Origin: the human T2T-CHM13v2.0 reference genome, Homo sapiens | Assembly (NCBI RefSeq): GCF_009914755.1 | Contig: NC_060933.1 | Reading direction: 5' to 3' (one strand) | DNA length: 64,000 nt | In this document: piece by piece, positions 17,440 through 42,837 of the stretch | Layout: each line of letters opens with the position of its first letter | Numbering within the stretch: the stretch's first letter is position 1 | The notes under the pieces: generated by a model | Told to the model about the DNA's origin: nothing | Databases searched by the model: none | Seen by the model: the letters and a program-made list of their open reading frames with translations, nothing else | Position numbers and translations under genes: made by a program

Positions 17440-18439
17440 AGTATCTCAGTGTTTAGGTATCAATGTTTAGGTATTGTCATCTGTTTACAGATGAGATAGC
17501 CAAGCCTCAGAGAAGTGGAGTAACCAGCTAATGAGAGAGATCCCAGGATAGCCGACCCCCAAACTTGAACCATTCACATTGCAGAGGATTGGCATATGTG
17601 ACAGCTATATTTTATCAACACTATTAGTGAGATCATTAGACATTTTTATCCATTCCTTCAGTTTCACTTCTCGGTGGAGTTAGAGAGCTTGTAATTGGGA
17701 CAGAAGTCCTCCAGGGTCCACTCAAAACCAGATCGCAGGATACCCGCTGATTGGAAGCAGCACTGCGCACCTCCCCCGCGGCCAGGCTTCCAGGAGCCCA
17801 CTCCCGGTTTTCCTCGCTGCTGTTCTCACTTCTGGGGCTCTCTCATCACAGGCTCCTTGTTTATAACCCGGTCTGGCTCATCTGTTCTTGCACTCCATTT
17901 ATTTAAAGGTGATAGCTCTGGAAGTCTTTCCTTTAGTTTGCTTACTTACTGTTTTATCACTGTTGTTTATTTTTCCCCTTGGGAAAAATATATTTTGCTA
18001 TATTGCTTTTGAAACTATTCTAACGTAGGAGCTACACAGATTAAAGCTCTCACTTGTTCATTCTTAAGTGTTTTAAAGCGAATAAGGATGCAATCTAATT
18101 AAAACTGGACTAAATCACAAATTATCACCCAACCTAATTTACAGGGGAGGGTAGATACAACTTCCAGGTACTAAATGCTACACGTGAACCCACGTATATA
18201 TGTGGATGTGGATGGGGTGTTATACCATGACTTCCTAAAACCTAGCTTCAGGCGTGGTTAGCTCTTCTATTAAGGTGCAGTGAGGCTTTTTCAAAGGACA
18301 TGAAACCATCAAACTACTGGAAAGGAGGACTACACGGAGGGGTCAAACCAAGAACTTGATTTTCTCACTTGTAATCTTGGAGATTATTTAAGGGAATGCC
18401 TAGAAACACAATTAGCATAAAATTCACCTAGAATCAGCA

Positions 18440-18612
18440 TTCATTGCGGTGGATGAAGCACTGGCTTCAGAATCACCCACAAAGCTGATTGATAGTTCAG
18501 ATTTGGGGCCCCCACCTTAGGCCCACCGAATTGGAATCTCTGGGAGGAGGCTAAAAACTGCATTTTCCAGAAACTCTAGGTAATTTCCATGCTCCTAACA
18601 TTGAGAATTGTC
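18440..18612. mobile_element. MER5A-like (hAT-Charlie)
   Basis: cagaatcacc...gggcccccacc...gaattggaatctctggga...ctgcatttt...ttgagaa pattern. Confidence 0.6.
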
Positions 18613-19271
18613 GCCTTCATAATGGTGTTTGTCACTACACAGGTGTTGTAAACCTCTCTAAATGGTTTCTTCAGCATTCAAGTTTGACATGACAAAATGT
18701 GCATGCATGCAGTATTCAATTACTGTTTAGCACTGTACCCTCTGAGAGGAGGAGATCCTGGGGTATGGTGTCACCCCTTCCAACTTCCCCTCCTTTGCTT
18801 ATCCATTTCCTTTCACACTTTATTTTTAGAGTCCATCCAAGTAAGAAATTTATCCATATATATTTTTATTATTGTGAAAAATTTGGAAGTTCATACCTAA
18901 CCATTATAATGCACATTCTTATTCATAAAGAAATTAAAATAATGTTTGATGAATGCACATTCTTATTCCTAAACAAAGTAAAATAGTGTTTGATGTGGTT
19001 TATATTATGTATTTTGTTCTTTGTAAAGGAACTAAAGTGAAATTCTTTCTTACCTGAAGTTAAGGAAATGTTTTTAGAAGGACTATTTGCCAGACTCACC
19101 ATGTTTGAAAGTTATGTAAATAAATGTTTTATTCAATGTCATTTAAAGCTGCATATCTCATAACAGTTATATTTTCAAAATTGTATATGTTCACAAAATT
19201 TTTTGACACATTGTGATTATTGCCACTCTCCATAAGGCCTGAGTTTGACATGGACATAAAATCCTGAATAA

Positions 19272-19592
<321 letters not shown>

Positions 19593-19884
19593 TGAAACTT
19601 AAATAGTATGAAGAATGCTTCTGGCATTTGATATTATAAAGAGAGGATAAGATTGAATTATTTGAAATGGAATAATTTCTGTACCAAATTCCTCTATTGA
19701 ATTTAGAAGGGATATGACTGTTTTTGAAAACTTAAGGCTCTCAGTCCTCTCTGGGTTTCTTATTTAGAAGATCTCTGGGTTACCCCAGCATCTGTTCAAT
19801 GCTAATCCTCTCGAAATAATTTGGTTTTCAAAACTCTGTCCTTGTACTGTTCTAATTTTAACATCAGTAAAGCATCATTCTTAT

Positions 19885-19980
19885 TTTTGTTTTTAATTTT
19901 TAGAGACAACGTATTGCTATTCAAGCCTCTCTGTTGCCCAGGCCGGACTTGAACTCCTAGGCTTGAGCAATCGTCTTACC
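19885..19980 (-). mobile_element. Alu monomer fragment (FLAM/AluJ-like)
   Basis: tttttagagac...tgttgcccaggccggacttgaactcctaggcttgagcaatc. Confidence 0.65.
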
Positions 19981-20210
19981 CATTGTCCCTTGTGACAGTG
20001 ACTTTAAGTGATTCAAAAGGCCTTTATAGAAATGTCTTTTCTTATAAAACAAGCATACTAACTAGAAGGGGAAAAGAATATTTAAATATTGACAGTCATT
20101 AACAGGATCACTCAAACACTTTGCTCTATGATGTTTGACTCTTCTTAGAGGAGTGCAGTGGGGTATCACACAGCTTCTGCTCAGGTACAATCATGTTTTC
20201 AAAAGAAAAG

Positions 20211-20533
<323 letters not shown>

Positions 20534-21479
20534 TTATTTAATATATTTATAATACTTTTATGAAACCTCTTACAATATTGAATCATCAGAGCTAAAATGT
20601 AATTGTGTGTTTAAGTGTCTCTGGGCTGTTACACTTACTATTTTTAGCAGCAAAACAGGCTTTAATCACTATAAATTGTGTGACTTTCAAAAGAATTTTG
20701 AGGATTCATTATCTAGAAGTCATTTAAATTTTCAGAAGGTCTTGCATATGTCTTTTATTAGTCCTGAAGATCTCTGTGCTCACAAATCTCATAGCTCTGG
20801 TGCAAATACAGAGCTCTTTTTATATCTCAAGCCAACATCAGGAGTAACCACTCCTTCATGAGCACAAGTGCTGATTTCTAAATCATTCCCAATCCACATT
20901 TGCTAAGTGCAATTTGAATGTTATTTTATAACCCAAAATTTTCTTAAGGATAGACGTTATATGGTAAGTAAATGGAAAATGGTCCTCCAGTGGCTGGGGC
21001 ATATGTTATAGTTAGATTACCTAATCTAATAAGAATGATCTGGATTTTCAGTAAATTCTTTATATTTTATGGAAATGGAAAGAGTGGAGTAGTATTCCAA
21101 GACAGTGATCATCACCCAACATTTTCTTTTTATTTACAGATATATTTGGGGGGTGTGTGTATGTGTATGTGTGTACTAAACACATTTTTGGAATTAACTT
21201 GATATAAAATTAAAATATCAACCTTTCATAAAGTGTTTTAAGAGAAGCTGAAAGCCCTTCAACTTTTCTCTCTCAGAATACTGTAGATACCACTTTGGAT
21301 TAGCCTTTCTATCCAGACAGTAAATTTGAGAAACATCTTTGGCATAAAAGAACATTTCTAAATTCTGACCTTGAAGGAGGGTTGGTCTTCAAATCACCTT
21401 TTCTCTAGTTACTTCAGGAGCTCTGTTTCATGCTTCCTACAAAGTAAATCGATTTTTAAAGAGGAGGTAACATTCAAAT

Positions 21480-30480
<9,001 letters not shown>

Positions 30481-30823
30481 GTTTAAAAATTAATGATTTG
30501 GGAAAAAATTGGAAGCCAAAGATGAGATAAGTCACCTATAAATTATACATTTATACTGAAGAATTAGTTATATGTAAATATAAGATGAGGATGATTTAGA
30601 GAATTAAAATCTCTATTAAGTGTTAGTCAATTCTGGGTTATGAGTATATTGGAGTTTGCTACTTTTTCTTCAAGTTGTAGTTTTTAAAAAACTTTAAAAA
30701 GTGAAAAATAAAAAATAAAACAGGAAAGGATTTCACTATTACTTTATCTCCCAGGATATTTAAGGTTTGGTCTCATTCTCTAAATGTACTTAAAACAAGA
30801 CCGTTGGACTTACATTTTGTTAA

Positions 30824-31123
<300 letters not shown>

Positions 31124-31712
31124 TAGGACTGTAATGACATGGGTCTTTTCAGCAGTCAAACTACAAACGATGAGAGAAAACTGTATGCCCTCCAATGGGT
31201 TTGGTTTTTCAGTGCCTCCCTTAATGGTTATTATAAAAGCTAGCATTTCAAGATTAAATTAAGATGCTTTTCTCCCATTACATGTTTGATAATTTAACGG
31301 AGTTGATATGCAGTTATATTTCTTATTATTGATAGGATGACTTTAATAGTACATGATGACTCAAATTGGTTTTGCAGTTCATTTTGAAATAAGATATCTA
31401 GATACATGACATACATTCCCTCCTCATTCTAAGCAAAATAGAGGAGCATTTATGTGGATGTTATAGTGCAACTATATAAAAGCCAATTCCTATAAGCAAC
31501 AGATAAGTACAGCTGTTCTTTATCTCGTCAGTGGCTGAAAAACTAGTTATATCACTTTTATAGAAGAAAAGTGTAATGACAGCCTCTCAAACAGTGGTAA
31601 TTGGGGCATTGCAAGGTTTTCACAGTTGAACAAGAAGACCAAGCTTTAAGTTTGTTAGGTACACAGCACAAAAATTTCATGTCTAGAAAAAAATCTACAA
31701 AATCTCTGATTA

Positions 31713-32037
<325 letters not shown>

Positions 32038-32575
32038 TTAGTATAAGCTAAAAGAGAATTACAGATAATGAGGGTACCTCTGTGTAGGAGAGGGGTATGT
32101 ATATTAGAAGATGTAGATACTATGGAAACCTTGTCTCCTGACAAAACCTTTTCTTGTCCTCATTTTTGGATTATGGCAGAAAACTTAAAATAATCTGGCT
32201 ATAAAAAAATCTTTATGCACATATCAGTAATACATTAAAATGAGCCTTATTAGAAGTTATAATTACAGGAACTGAATGTTGATACAATATTGCATAGAGT
32301 TTCATCATTTCATAAATATCAAAGTCATAATGAATTTAGATCTGAGTTCTGAGCTCATATGCATAATTTAAACCTTTTCATTTTTAAATGAAAAGCTTTG
32401 GGGAGACTGCTTATTAACAACACATTTAGTCTTGACTTTTAAAATAGCATCATTGGACTCAGAGTCTGGCACAGGAATAGCATTTAAGTAATCACTGTTC
32501 CAGGAAAGATAACTATTGGGTGCATCTAAATTGAGGCTAAATAGATTCAAAAGTGCTATAAGTAAATAATAATAA

Positions 32576-32812
<237 letters not shown>

Positions 32813-32862
32813 TAACTAATATTATTATTTTGAGAACAAATAATCTAATGAAAAAATTTGAC

Positions 32863-32868
32863 AATAAA
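32863..32868 (+). terminator. Candidate intronic poly(A) signal AATAAA (soluble-isoform end)
   Basis: AATAAA 48 nt after the in-frame TAA (32813-15) reached by reading through the exon-20 donor. Confidence 0.45.
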
Positions 32869-33683
32869 TATTAATAGAAGAGCAACCCATTCAGTGCTGC
32901 TCTTCCATAAGTCAAGAAGAGGCCAAATATGGCCAGGATCTGGGAGAGAGGAGGTGGTTGTTTATTCTGTATTGCTTTGTTTTGTTTGTTTAGCAATGCA
33001 ATTCTGTCAAAGGTATTATTAATATTTTACTATTTAAAATATCAAAATATCTTTATTTGTTTTACTTTACTCAATAGGGGAATGTTCTCTAGTTTATCAT
33101 AGTGACTACTGGTGGAATCTATTCATTGATATTGCAGTGGGAACTTGTCTTATTCCGATTATAAAAGAACAAATACTTTAGCAACTTAAAAACACGGTTT
33201 AAAAGCACACAACATAGTTATTAAAATGGGAATAAGTAAGAAAATAGACCTGAGTCACCACAGAGGAAGTAAATTACACATTGTCATTGGCATTGGAAGG
33301 AAAATATACTGTATAGAGAACAGCAGTGCTTGGTTTTATGTTTCATATTTTCTCCACAGAATGAGTACGTATTTAAGTTTAAAACAGCCAGTTCCATCTT
33401 TTTCATGGATTCTGCCAATTATAGATCCTTCCATTATGAAGAAGAGTAAAGCCAGCAAGTAGGTACATCGTGGATAGAGTGGTAGCTGATGGCATCATAG
33501 GAATTGCTTATAAAATAGCTTCCCCTTCTAAATGATTAATTATTTGAAGGTGGCTTCTTGAGCTTTTGTAGTGGTACTTAAAAGTGATTTATTTTCATCT
33601 TTCCTTTCCTCATCTTCCTTTGCTTCCTTATCATTAAAATTGTACTTTGTGTTGATGTTTGCTTCTCATGGGACATCTAATAG

Positions 33684-33776
<93 letters not shown>

Positions 33777-35019
33777 TAGGAGAAAGAGCTTTTTCCCAAA
33801 AAATCTAACTGTCATGTCACAAACTCTGGAAGCATTCATCATGCTGAAAGAAGCTCCTTGTCTTACTTGAATAATAATTTCACAGTGAGTGACAATCAAG
33901 GTGCAAACTGTACTCTTGCCTGAGTGTACATATAATCATGAGTAAGTGCTGCCTGTGAGATGTGCAAGGGCGTTCCTGGAAAAATACCTCCACACTTAAC
34001 CTCTCACTTGGCAATCATGCATAATGAATCACGGTATTTTTCTAAACCTTCTTGAAAAGTGAAATGTTATCAAAGCTGACACGAAGTTCACAGATTATGT
34101 ATGTATTAATCAACATCAACTCCGGAGACCATCATTCAATGATAAAACTACATTTGAGTTGAACACAAGAGAAAAAACTGGTAATCTTATTACAGCAGAT
34201 GAATACAGTTTTATTTCTCTCTCAAGCCCTGCTTTGCCTGTTGCTTCCATCCTTTTTGACTTTAGTATCTAACAGGAATGGGGAGGCATATTCATAAATA
34301 TCTGTTATGCAAGGTAGAAAGTTACAGTAATTGTCTATCATATTGTCTATCATAACCTGTTGTAAAAGCACAGTTAGCTTTACATTTAATAAAGGAACTG
34401 AGGAAAGTAATCTTTTTTAAAAAAAACCCATCTTATGTAACTCAATTAAGAAAATGAACTATACTTTAATATTAGGATCAAAAAGTTGAATAATATTTAT
34501 TATATACATCTTTGTTTCCTTCCAAATAAAGGAGAACATGGAATTGAAGGTGTTAATGTTTTCATTCAAGGATGGTATATTCAAAGGCATGTAACTTACG
34601 GTATAAAAATCTACATTGAAATTCAGCAACGAAGTATATACTCAGAAGCAATTGATCTCAGAAAATTATAAATATTCATTTTGCCTGTCCTTGGAGGTAG
34701 AGATAATCATCAAACATTAATAAAACACTTTATACTTTGAAAAACTGTATTTTAGGATTGGTTCTGCTATACATTTTTTGCCACTCTCACATCATTTAGT
34801 AATTATACCAAAACTACAACTTTATCTTTAAATTTGGAATTATATAGGAAGTGCTTTCCTTAACTTATAGTAAAATAGACCAACAAGTTGGCTAATAGAG
34901 AAGCCACTAATTTTACAAAGAAAGTTACCCAAAACACTGTGTTCTAAGTTACCAATATATTTCTCTTGAGTCCCTGTAAATCTTTGATTCATCCCTTCAT
35001 TTAAAAATATTTGGTGAGC

Positions 35020-35319
35020 GGCTGGGTGTGGTGGCTTACGCCTGTAATCCCAGCACTTTGGGAGGCCGAGGCGGGCGGATCACGAGGTCAGGAGATCCAG
35101 ACCATCCTGGCTAACACGGTGAAACCCTGTCTCTACTAAAAATACAAAAAAAAATTAGCCGGGCACAGTGGCGGGCGCCTGTAGTCCCAGCTACTCGGGA
35201 GGCTGAGGCAGGAGAATGGCGTGAACCTAGGAGGCGGAGCTTGCAGTGAGCAGAGATCCTGCACTCCAGCCTGGATGACAGAGCGAGACTCTGTCGCAAA
35301 AAAAAAAAAAAAAAAAAAA
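35020..35319 (+). mobile_element. AluY
   Basis: Y diagnostics; TSD ...ttggtgagc. Confidence 0.94.
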
Positions 35320-35774
35320 CTTGGTGAGCATCTGCTATGAACAGTTTATTAAGCACGGAGAAAGCCTCTGAATGAGAGAAACACTATACCTACCCACCCT
35401 CACTACACTCACATGTTAATAGGTACATAGGCTAATATATGAGCAATTCTAATAAAATAATGCTCATATCCAGCCTAATTTATTATTATGCACCCTAACA
35501 ATGCCTTAGAAAAAAATGGCCCAAAATCCATCATAATTAAGATGCTGTTTCTGAGCACCTCAATATGATTTTGCCATTTCTGAGTAGTCTTAGTGAATGA
35601 AGACCATTCAGATTGATTATCACAAGATCAATTCAGAGTAAACCTATTTAAATATAAGCTTTTTAGATTCTGAATTTTCTATATAGCTTTGAATTTTATC
35701 CAAGAGGTAGCTTTAAAGAATGCAAACACCTAAAATACTTTATAATTCAGTAAAGATGATCCATCATAAATTAA

Positions 35775-36140
<366 letters not shown>

Positions 36141-37233
36141 CCTTAAACACTATCTTAAAAATTACATATATATATCAAAAATACAGAGTGCAAAAATGGA
36201 AGATGCCTTTTTGCTCCCAAAAAGTAAAAAAAATTAGCCTGTAAACAGTTGCATATGAATACAGCTGAGCTTATATACCTTAGGAGGTATACATTCTAGG
36301 CTGAAGAAAAGAAAACCCACTGAAGGACTATATTTCAAATAGAGCTCTAGGTATGTAAGAATGCCAAATAGTTTTGGTAATTAAATATTTCTGGAAATTG
36401 CCTTTTGAGTTTTGTAAGGAGATGTCACATAAGACATACAGTTTTAACATTTAAAATTCATCAACTTATGTATTTTATATTACTTCTATGCTATGGTGTT
36501 TGTCTCATTTAGAAGAAATGTTTTATGTTGGGTCTGGGATTTGATTTTACCTGATTTACAAGCTAGGAAGTTAACAGCTTTTAACTGTTTTGTGGATGCT
36601 GTCCTGGTACAGAGACAAAGGACCCTATTAATCATGGCACGGCAAGCCTCGTGAGCAGCAGTTCATTTGCATTGTTTTCCCTTGGCCCTGAAGCCTTATG
36701 GGGCAGTGATGGGTGCAGATGAAGGCTGCACCTGTGGCCAGGTTTGCACTGCAGCAGAGGAACACTGAGTTTGGGGAATCCACCGATTTTGTAACAAGCA
36801 CTAAGCAAGTCTATTCTTTGTCCTGGAGGGGGTCATGACCTTATCCCTCAATGTTGCTTGCTTCAATTATAGCCTTGAGAAGTGGCCTGAGTAAAGTGCT
36901 GTCAGCATCTTGCACTTCTTGGCAAACCCAGCAAAGCATGAGGAGACACTCAGAGCCAATGGTGGATTGCCTCTTTCAACATTACAGAATAAAAACACCC
37001 AAAAACCCTATAAAAAGTCAAGAAGATAGGAGATTTTGTGGGGTTTTTTTCCCAAGAAAGAGCAATGATTATATCAATTAGTCCTTTATTGGTAAAATGA
37101 GGAGGCTGCACTAAGTTATCTTCAAGATTCTCTTCGATAGAAAATTCTAAGATTGTTCTAACTTGGTCCATTAACCAGGATTCAGTGGGCATCACAGATG
37201 TCTTGAGGTCTTTGAAAGTATAAGTCAACAAAA

Positions 37234-37784
37234 CTAATGCTGTCCAATAGAACTTTCTGTGATGATGAAAACGTGTAAAGTCTGTGCTGTCCTATGTGGT
37301 AGTCCCCAGACACACTTGAGATAAATGAGTTTTTAAGCACTAGAAATGTGGCTAGTATAACTGAGGGACTAAATTTTACATTTTATTTCATTTTAATTGA
37401 TTTGAGTTTCTTTTTTTTTTTTTTTTTGAGATCGAGTCTCACTCTGTCATCCAGGCTGGAGTACAGTGGCGTGAACTCGGCTCACTGCAAGCTCTGCCTC
37501 CCGGGTTCACGCCATTCTCCTGCCTCAGCCTCCCAAGTAGCTGAGACTACAGGCACCCACCACCATGCCCGGCTAATTTTTTTTATTTTTTATTTTTTAT
37601 TTTTATTTTTAGTAGAGACGGGGTTTCACCATGTTAGCCAGGATGGTCTTGATCTCCTGACCTCATGATCCGCCCGCCTCGGCCTCCCAAAGTGCTGGGA
37701 TTACAGGCATGAGCCACCGTGCCTGGCCTGATTTGAATCTCAATGGTCACATGTGGCTAGTGTCTACCATATTGCACAGTGTAG
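37234..37784 (+). mobile_element. MER3 (hAT-Charlie) interrupted by AluY
   Basis: gctgtccaatagaactttctgtgatgatg...cacatgtggctagtgtctaccatattgcacagtgtag. Confidence 0.85.
37411..37728 (-). mobile_element. AluY
   Basis: Y diagnostics (gcaagctc, ccattctcc, gttagccaggatgg); TSD tgatttga. Confidence 0.93.
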
Positions 37785-38564
37785 AAGACTGTCCACTTAC
37801 TTATCTAGTAGTTTTTTCCTTTAGTTCAACCAAGTGGCACCCTTTTGTAAGGATAGACATCTGTCTATTTGGCATGACTTCAATGGGCTGGGAAGACAAC
37901 CCTATCTCAAATATTTTTTTTCCCACAACGTCAAGTGCCAATATTTCAAATTCTGTATTAGAGATCCATTCTTTTGACTCTTCTGCCAAAATACACATGC
38001 CCCTGAAAGTGTTATCAAAAGCCATGACCAGGAATTTGTGCAAACATGAATTTACTCGGGAGCAGGCTTTGATGGAACAGAATAGAGAATTGGAAGGGGG
38101 CTGGGTGCAGGACCCCGAAGTTGAGAAAGCCCAGAAAGGGAGGCAGACAGGTCACCATACATTTTTGATTAGAGCTATTCAGCTAAGAGTAGCAAAAGTG
38201 AAGGGTTTTGACCATGTTGCCATGTCAAGGTAATAGACAGGAAACTGTATCTACATGTCACCACAGTTAAGAGTTGAGTTCTACTGAATATTGGTTAACT
38301 GATAAACAATAAATAGTAGTGCTGGCTAAAATCTGGGAGTACAGAATCACGAGTTTCTTCCTGGATTGTGGTGTGATTGCCAGGTACACTTCAGAGTGGG
38401 CAAAGGAACTCCTTTCTTTCAGATTTTCCAGCTTAAACAAAGTATATATGACCATTTTCTAATTAAGTCATTTATTAAAGATGTAAGAAAGTTCTACTCT
38501 GTTTCATCAGCTCCAAATTAAACAATTGCTCAAGGTTTTTATTCAGGGTTTTAAAGAGAAGTCT

Positions 38565-38881
<317 letters not shown>

Positions 38882-38941
38882 CTAAAATTATGTGATTCTT
38901 CTCTAAACTACAGTTACTTAATGTAAAACCATCTTGTATCA

Positions 38942-39416
38942 TGTCAAAAGATAAAAATACTCTTGTTAAGATCGTGTGGCAGACTTTATTCAGGACTATG
39001 GCAATAGGTATAGGAATTACTGGAATGGGGCTTTGCAGTTGGGGAAAGAGACTGAGCTCAACTTCAAATACAACAAGGAGAAGTGTGGATTCGTAGCCAA
39101 GGAGCAGAGTGGCTGGGGTGGGGTGTCTGAGTGGAAAACTACAAAATGGGAGAGTAATTCTTGCTAAACTGACTCACCAGGTTTCCTGGTGATGCCAGGC
39201 CAGTGTTGTCAGACATCACCTGTGGGGTGGTGAGAGGGATGAGAAAGGTGATTAGATATTGAGAGTGATCAGATATTGAGGGTGGGAGATTTGGGTTAAA
39301 AGCAAATTGGCAGGATTCTTGCTAAGCTGGACGATGAAAGACCAAAGGTCAGGCTGGTTGAGCAGAGAGCTTAGAGTAGCCTGACCAACATCTGGTCATA
39401 GGGAGAATCTTTGTCC
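38942..39416 (-). mobile_element. Solo ERV1 LTR (MER31/MER67-like)
   Basis: Reverse complement starts GGACAAAGATTCTCC; minus-strand AATAAA (gactttatt); 4-bp TSD ATCA at 38938-41 and 39417-20. Confidence 0.75.
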
Positions 39417-40467
39417 ATCATGTCAAAGTTCTTTCTTGGAAAAAATAAATTATGTAAAGATCCTTGAACTGGAAACATCATAGAAAAATAGAAATGTAAG
39501 AGAAATTGTCATTCTGGTCAGGATCTAAATGTACTAGAGTAAAACCAAAGAAGAGTAAAAAGGGAAAAGTGAGAGAAGAAAAAGAAAAATTTCCCAAGCC
39601 TCTCATTTAGGGAAGAACTGTTGTGGGGAACCCCGCGGTGGTGTGGGAGGGAGGGTGGGGAGAAAGAACCATGCAATCGCTCATCTCACTGTTGGGAATG
39701 GGGGAAAGTTGGAAAAAGAGGATCTGGTTTTCATATAACAGTGTGAAGGAATGATTTTGATTGTGAGGGCTAGGGAAGTTGAGCTCTCAAACTCATAAAA
39801 GGGAAAGCAGGAAATAAGAAGGAAACTGATTAAAGCAGCAAAATAAAAGAAAAAAAGATGAAATAATGTGAAATAAATAGTGTAAGATAAAAAATAAAAT
39901 CAGATATAGTGGTTATTACTCTAAAGACAAATGGACTAAATTCTGTCAAACTAGGTTTAAAAACAACAGTTAAATGCTCTTAGAATATTGAAAATGAAGG
40001 GGCATGCCAAGAACTAGCAGGCAACAGCTGATAAATTTAAGAAATGCAACACTACTTTCAGATAAGATTGAATTTAAGATTGGAATATAATCGAATCTTA
40101 AATGAGATAAAGAGGGATATTATCTGATGACAAAAGATACAGTTTATTAAGATAATATGAAAGTCATCATACAAAATAGCAACTATAGTATGAAGGATTT
40201 CCAGAGCTCTGCCCTCATCTCCAAGAGTCGCTTTTCTGTAATCCTCCGGATTATTGGCTGTGAGCGCCATTAAAATTTTATTTTAATGCTATATTGTAAA
40301 AATTAAATGGCAGAGGATTTCTTAAATTTATGCCATGTAACTGCTTTCCTATGAAGCTCTGTTACTTGCAGAGAGCCAGCCATCTGCACTTGAACAAATC
40401 TGTTAAAAACCTGCCTTTCATAACCCTGACAATGGAAATAGTTGCCAAACAGGTAAAGATTCAGGGT

Positions 40468-40532
40468 GACCTCTCCTGGAGTGAAGGAACGAGGGGATCG
40501 GAGGGACCTCTCCTGGAGTGAAGGAACGAGGG
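40468..40532. repeat. Direct repeat, 2 x 28 bp, period 37
   Basis: GACCTCTCCTGGAGTGAAGGAACGAGGG at 40468-95 and 40505-32. Confidence 0.93.
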
Positions 40533-40544
40533 TCGCTGTCTTGC

Positions 40545-40998
<454 letters not shown>

Positions 40999-41041
40999 TA
41001 ATTGACAAAAGTTTGCTATGTGTAAATTGTGGCGTGATTAA

Positions 41042-41215
<174 letters not shown>

Positions 41216-41295
41216 TAGCACAATGGGAAATATATGTAAGCATCAACACTCAATGGTGAGGTCAGAGGGGTGCTATGTATTGCGGTTGGTGGTGG

Positions 41296-41614
41296 TTTTT
41301 TGTTTTTTGTTCTTTGTTTTTTTTCTATTTGAGACAAGAGCCTCACGCTGTCACCCAGGCTGGAGTGCAGTGGTGAGATCTCCACTCACTGCAGCCTCTG
41401 CCTCCTGGGTTCAAGCGATTCTCCTGCCTCAGCCTCCTGAATAGTTAGGGTTATAAGAGTGTGCCACTATGCCTGGCTAATTTGTTGTGTTTTTGGTAGA
41501 CACAGGGTTTCTCCGTATTGGCCGTGCTGGTTTCGAACTCCTGGCCTCAAGTGATCTGCCCGCCTCAGCCTCCCAAAGTGCTGAGATCACAGGCGTGAGC
41601 CACCATGCCCGGCC
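41296..41614 (-). mobile_element. AluS
   Basis: Antisense dimer ~140 nt downstream of exon ~23. Confidence 0.9.
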
Positions 41615-41944
41615 TTCGTTGATTTTCTGAGGCAGTATTTGCTGATTTCAGCTTCCCTGGGGGTGCTCAGCATGTAAGAATTCTGCTGAAACAATTTTTT
41701 TTGAAGAACAGTTACAAAGCTAATAATGAAAAGTTATTAATTTGAAAATAGCTGTATTCCCTAGGACATGCGGGATATTTGTCACGGTAATGACAACTGT
41801 TGGACGGACCTGAAGTAATTATGTTCAAAGCAATGGAAACCTCAGCTAATTATCAGAGCATACACTTTATGGTACTTTTCTTCAATGACAAATAGTATGA
41901 TTTAGATACTCCCATGACAGTGTTTCACTTATTTAAGAAGTTTT

Positions 41945-42228
41945 TGTTTGTTTGTTTGTTTTTTGAGACGGAGTCTCGCTGTGTCGCCCAGGCTGGAGTG
42001 CAGTGAAGCAATCTCGACTTACTGCAAGCTCCGCTTCCCGGGTTCACGCCATTCTCCTGCCGCAGCCTCCTGAGTAACTGAAACTACAGGCGCCCGCCAC
42101 CACGCCCGGCTATTTTTTGTATTTTTAGTAGAGGCGGGGTTTCACCCTGTTAGCCAGGATGGTCTCGATCTCCTGACCTCGTGATCCACCCGCCTCGGCC
42201 TCCCAAAGTGCTGGGATTACAGGCGTGA
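41945..42228 (-). mobile_element. AluY (slightly 5'-truncated)
   Basis: CpG-rich; 16-bp TSD TTATTTAAGAAGTTTT at 41929-44 and 42229-44. Confidence 0.95.
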
Positions 42229-42556
42229 TTATTTAAGAAGTTTTAAAGGCACACATTATTTAAAGTGTATTGTTATTTTAAAGTGTATAATTCCCTGTCA
42301 TTAAGGACATTTACAATGTTGTGCAGCAGTAGCCATTGTATGTTTCACTTTTAATCATACTTTGGAAAGAACTAATCTAATAGGCTAAGAATGTTTTGTG
42401 GTTATTTTTAATTGAAGAAAAGTGAAGTTAAGCATAGCTTAAAAATATGTTTTGGCAATGAAAACTTTTTTTCTAAAATATAATTTATTTAGAGCTGGTG
42501 CAAAAAATAAGCATTCACCTTTCCTTGTTAATTAATGAGTGAATTATTGAAATCTT

Positions 42557-42837
42557 TGTTTGTTTGTTTGAGACGGAGTCTCGCTCGTCGCAAAGGCTGG
42601 AGTGCAGTGGCGCCATCTTGGCTCACTGCAAGCTCCGCCTCCCATTCTCCTGCCTCAGCCGCCCAAGTAGCTGGGGATACAGGTGCCCACCACCACGCAC
42701 GGCTAATTTTTTATATTTTTAGTAGAGACGGGGTTTCACCGTGTTAGCCAGAATGGTCTCGATCTCCTGACCTCATGATCCACCTACCTTGGCCTCCCAA
42801 AGTGCTAGGATTACAGGCATGAGCCACCATGCCCGGC
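42557..42837 (-). mobile_element. AluY with small internal deletions
   Basis: Y diagnostics; TSD tga(a/g)ttattgaaatctt. Confidence 0.92.

Noticed and set aside
37709-38233. Longest ORF in the track (174 aa)
   Set aside because: Starts inside Alu/MER3 sequence, has no recognisable domain or splice context, and is intronic; likely chance.
40468-40532. 28-bp repeats superficially like a CRISPR repeat
   Set aside because: Only two copies with a 9-nt spacer, in a primate intron with no cas genes.
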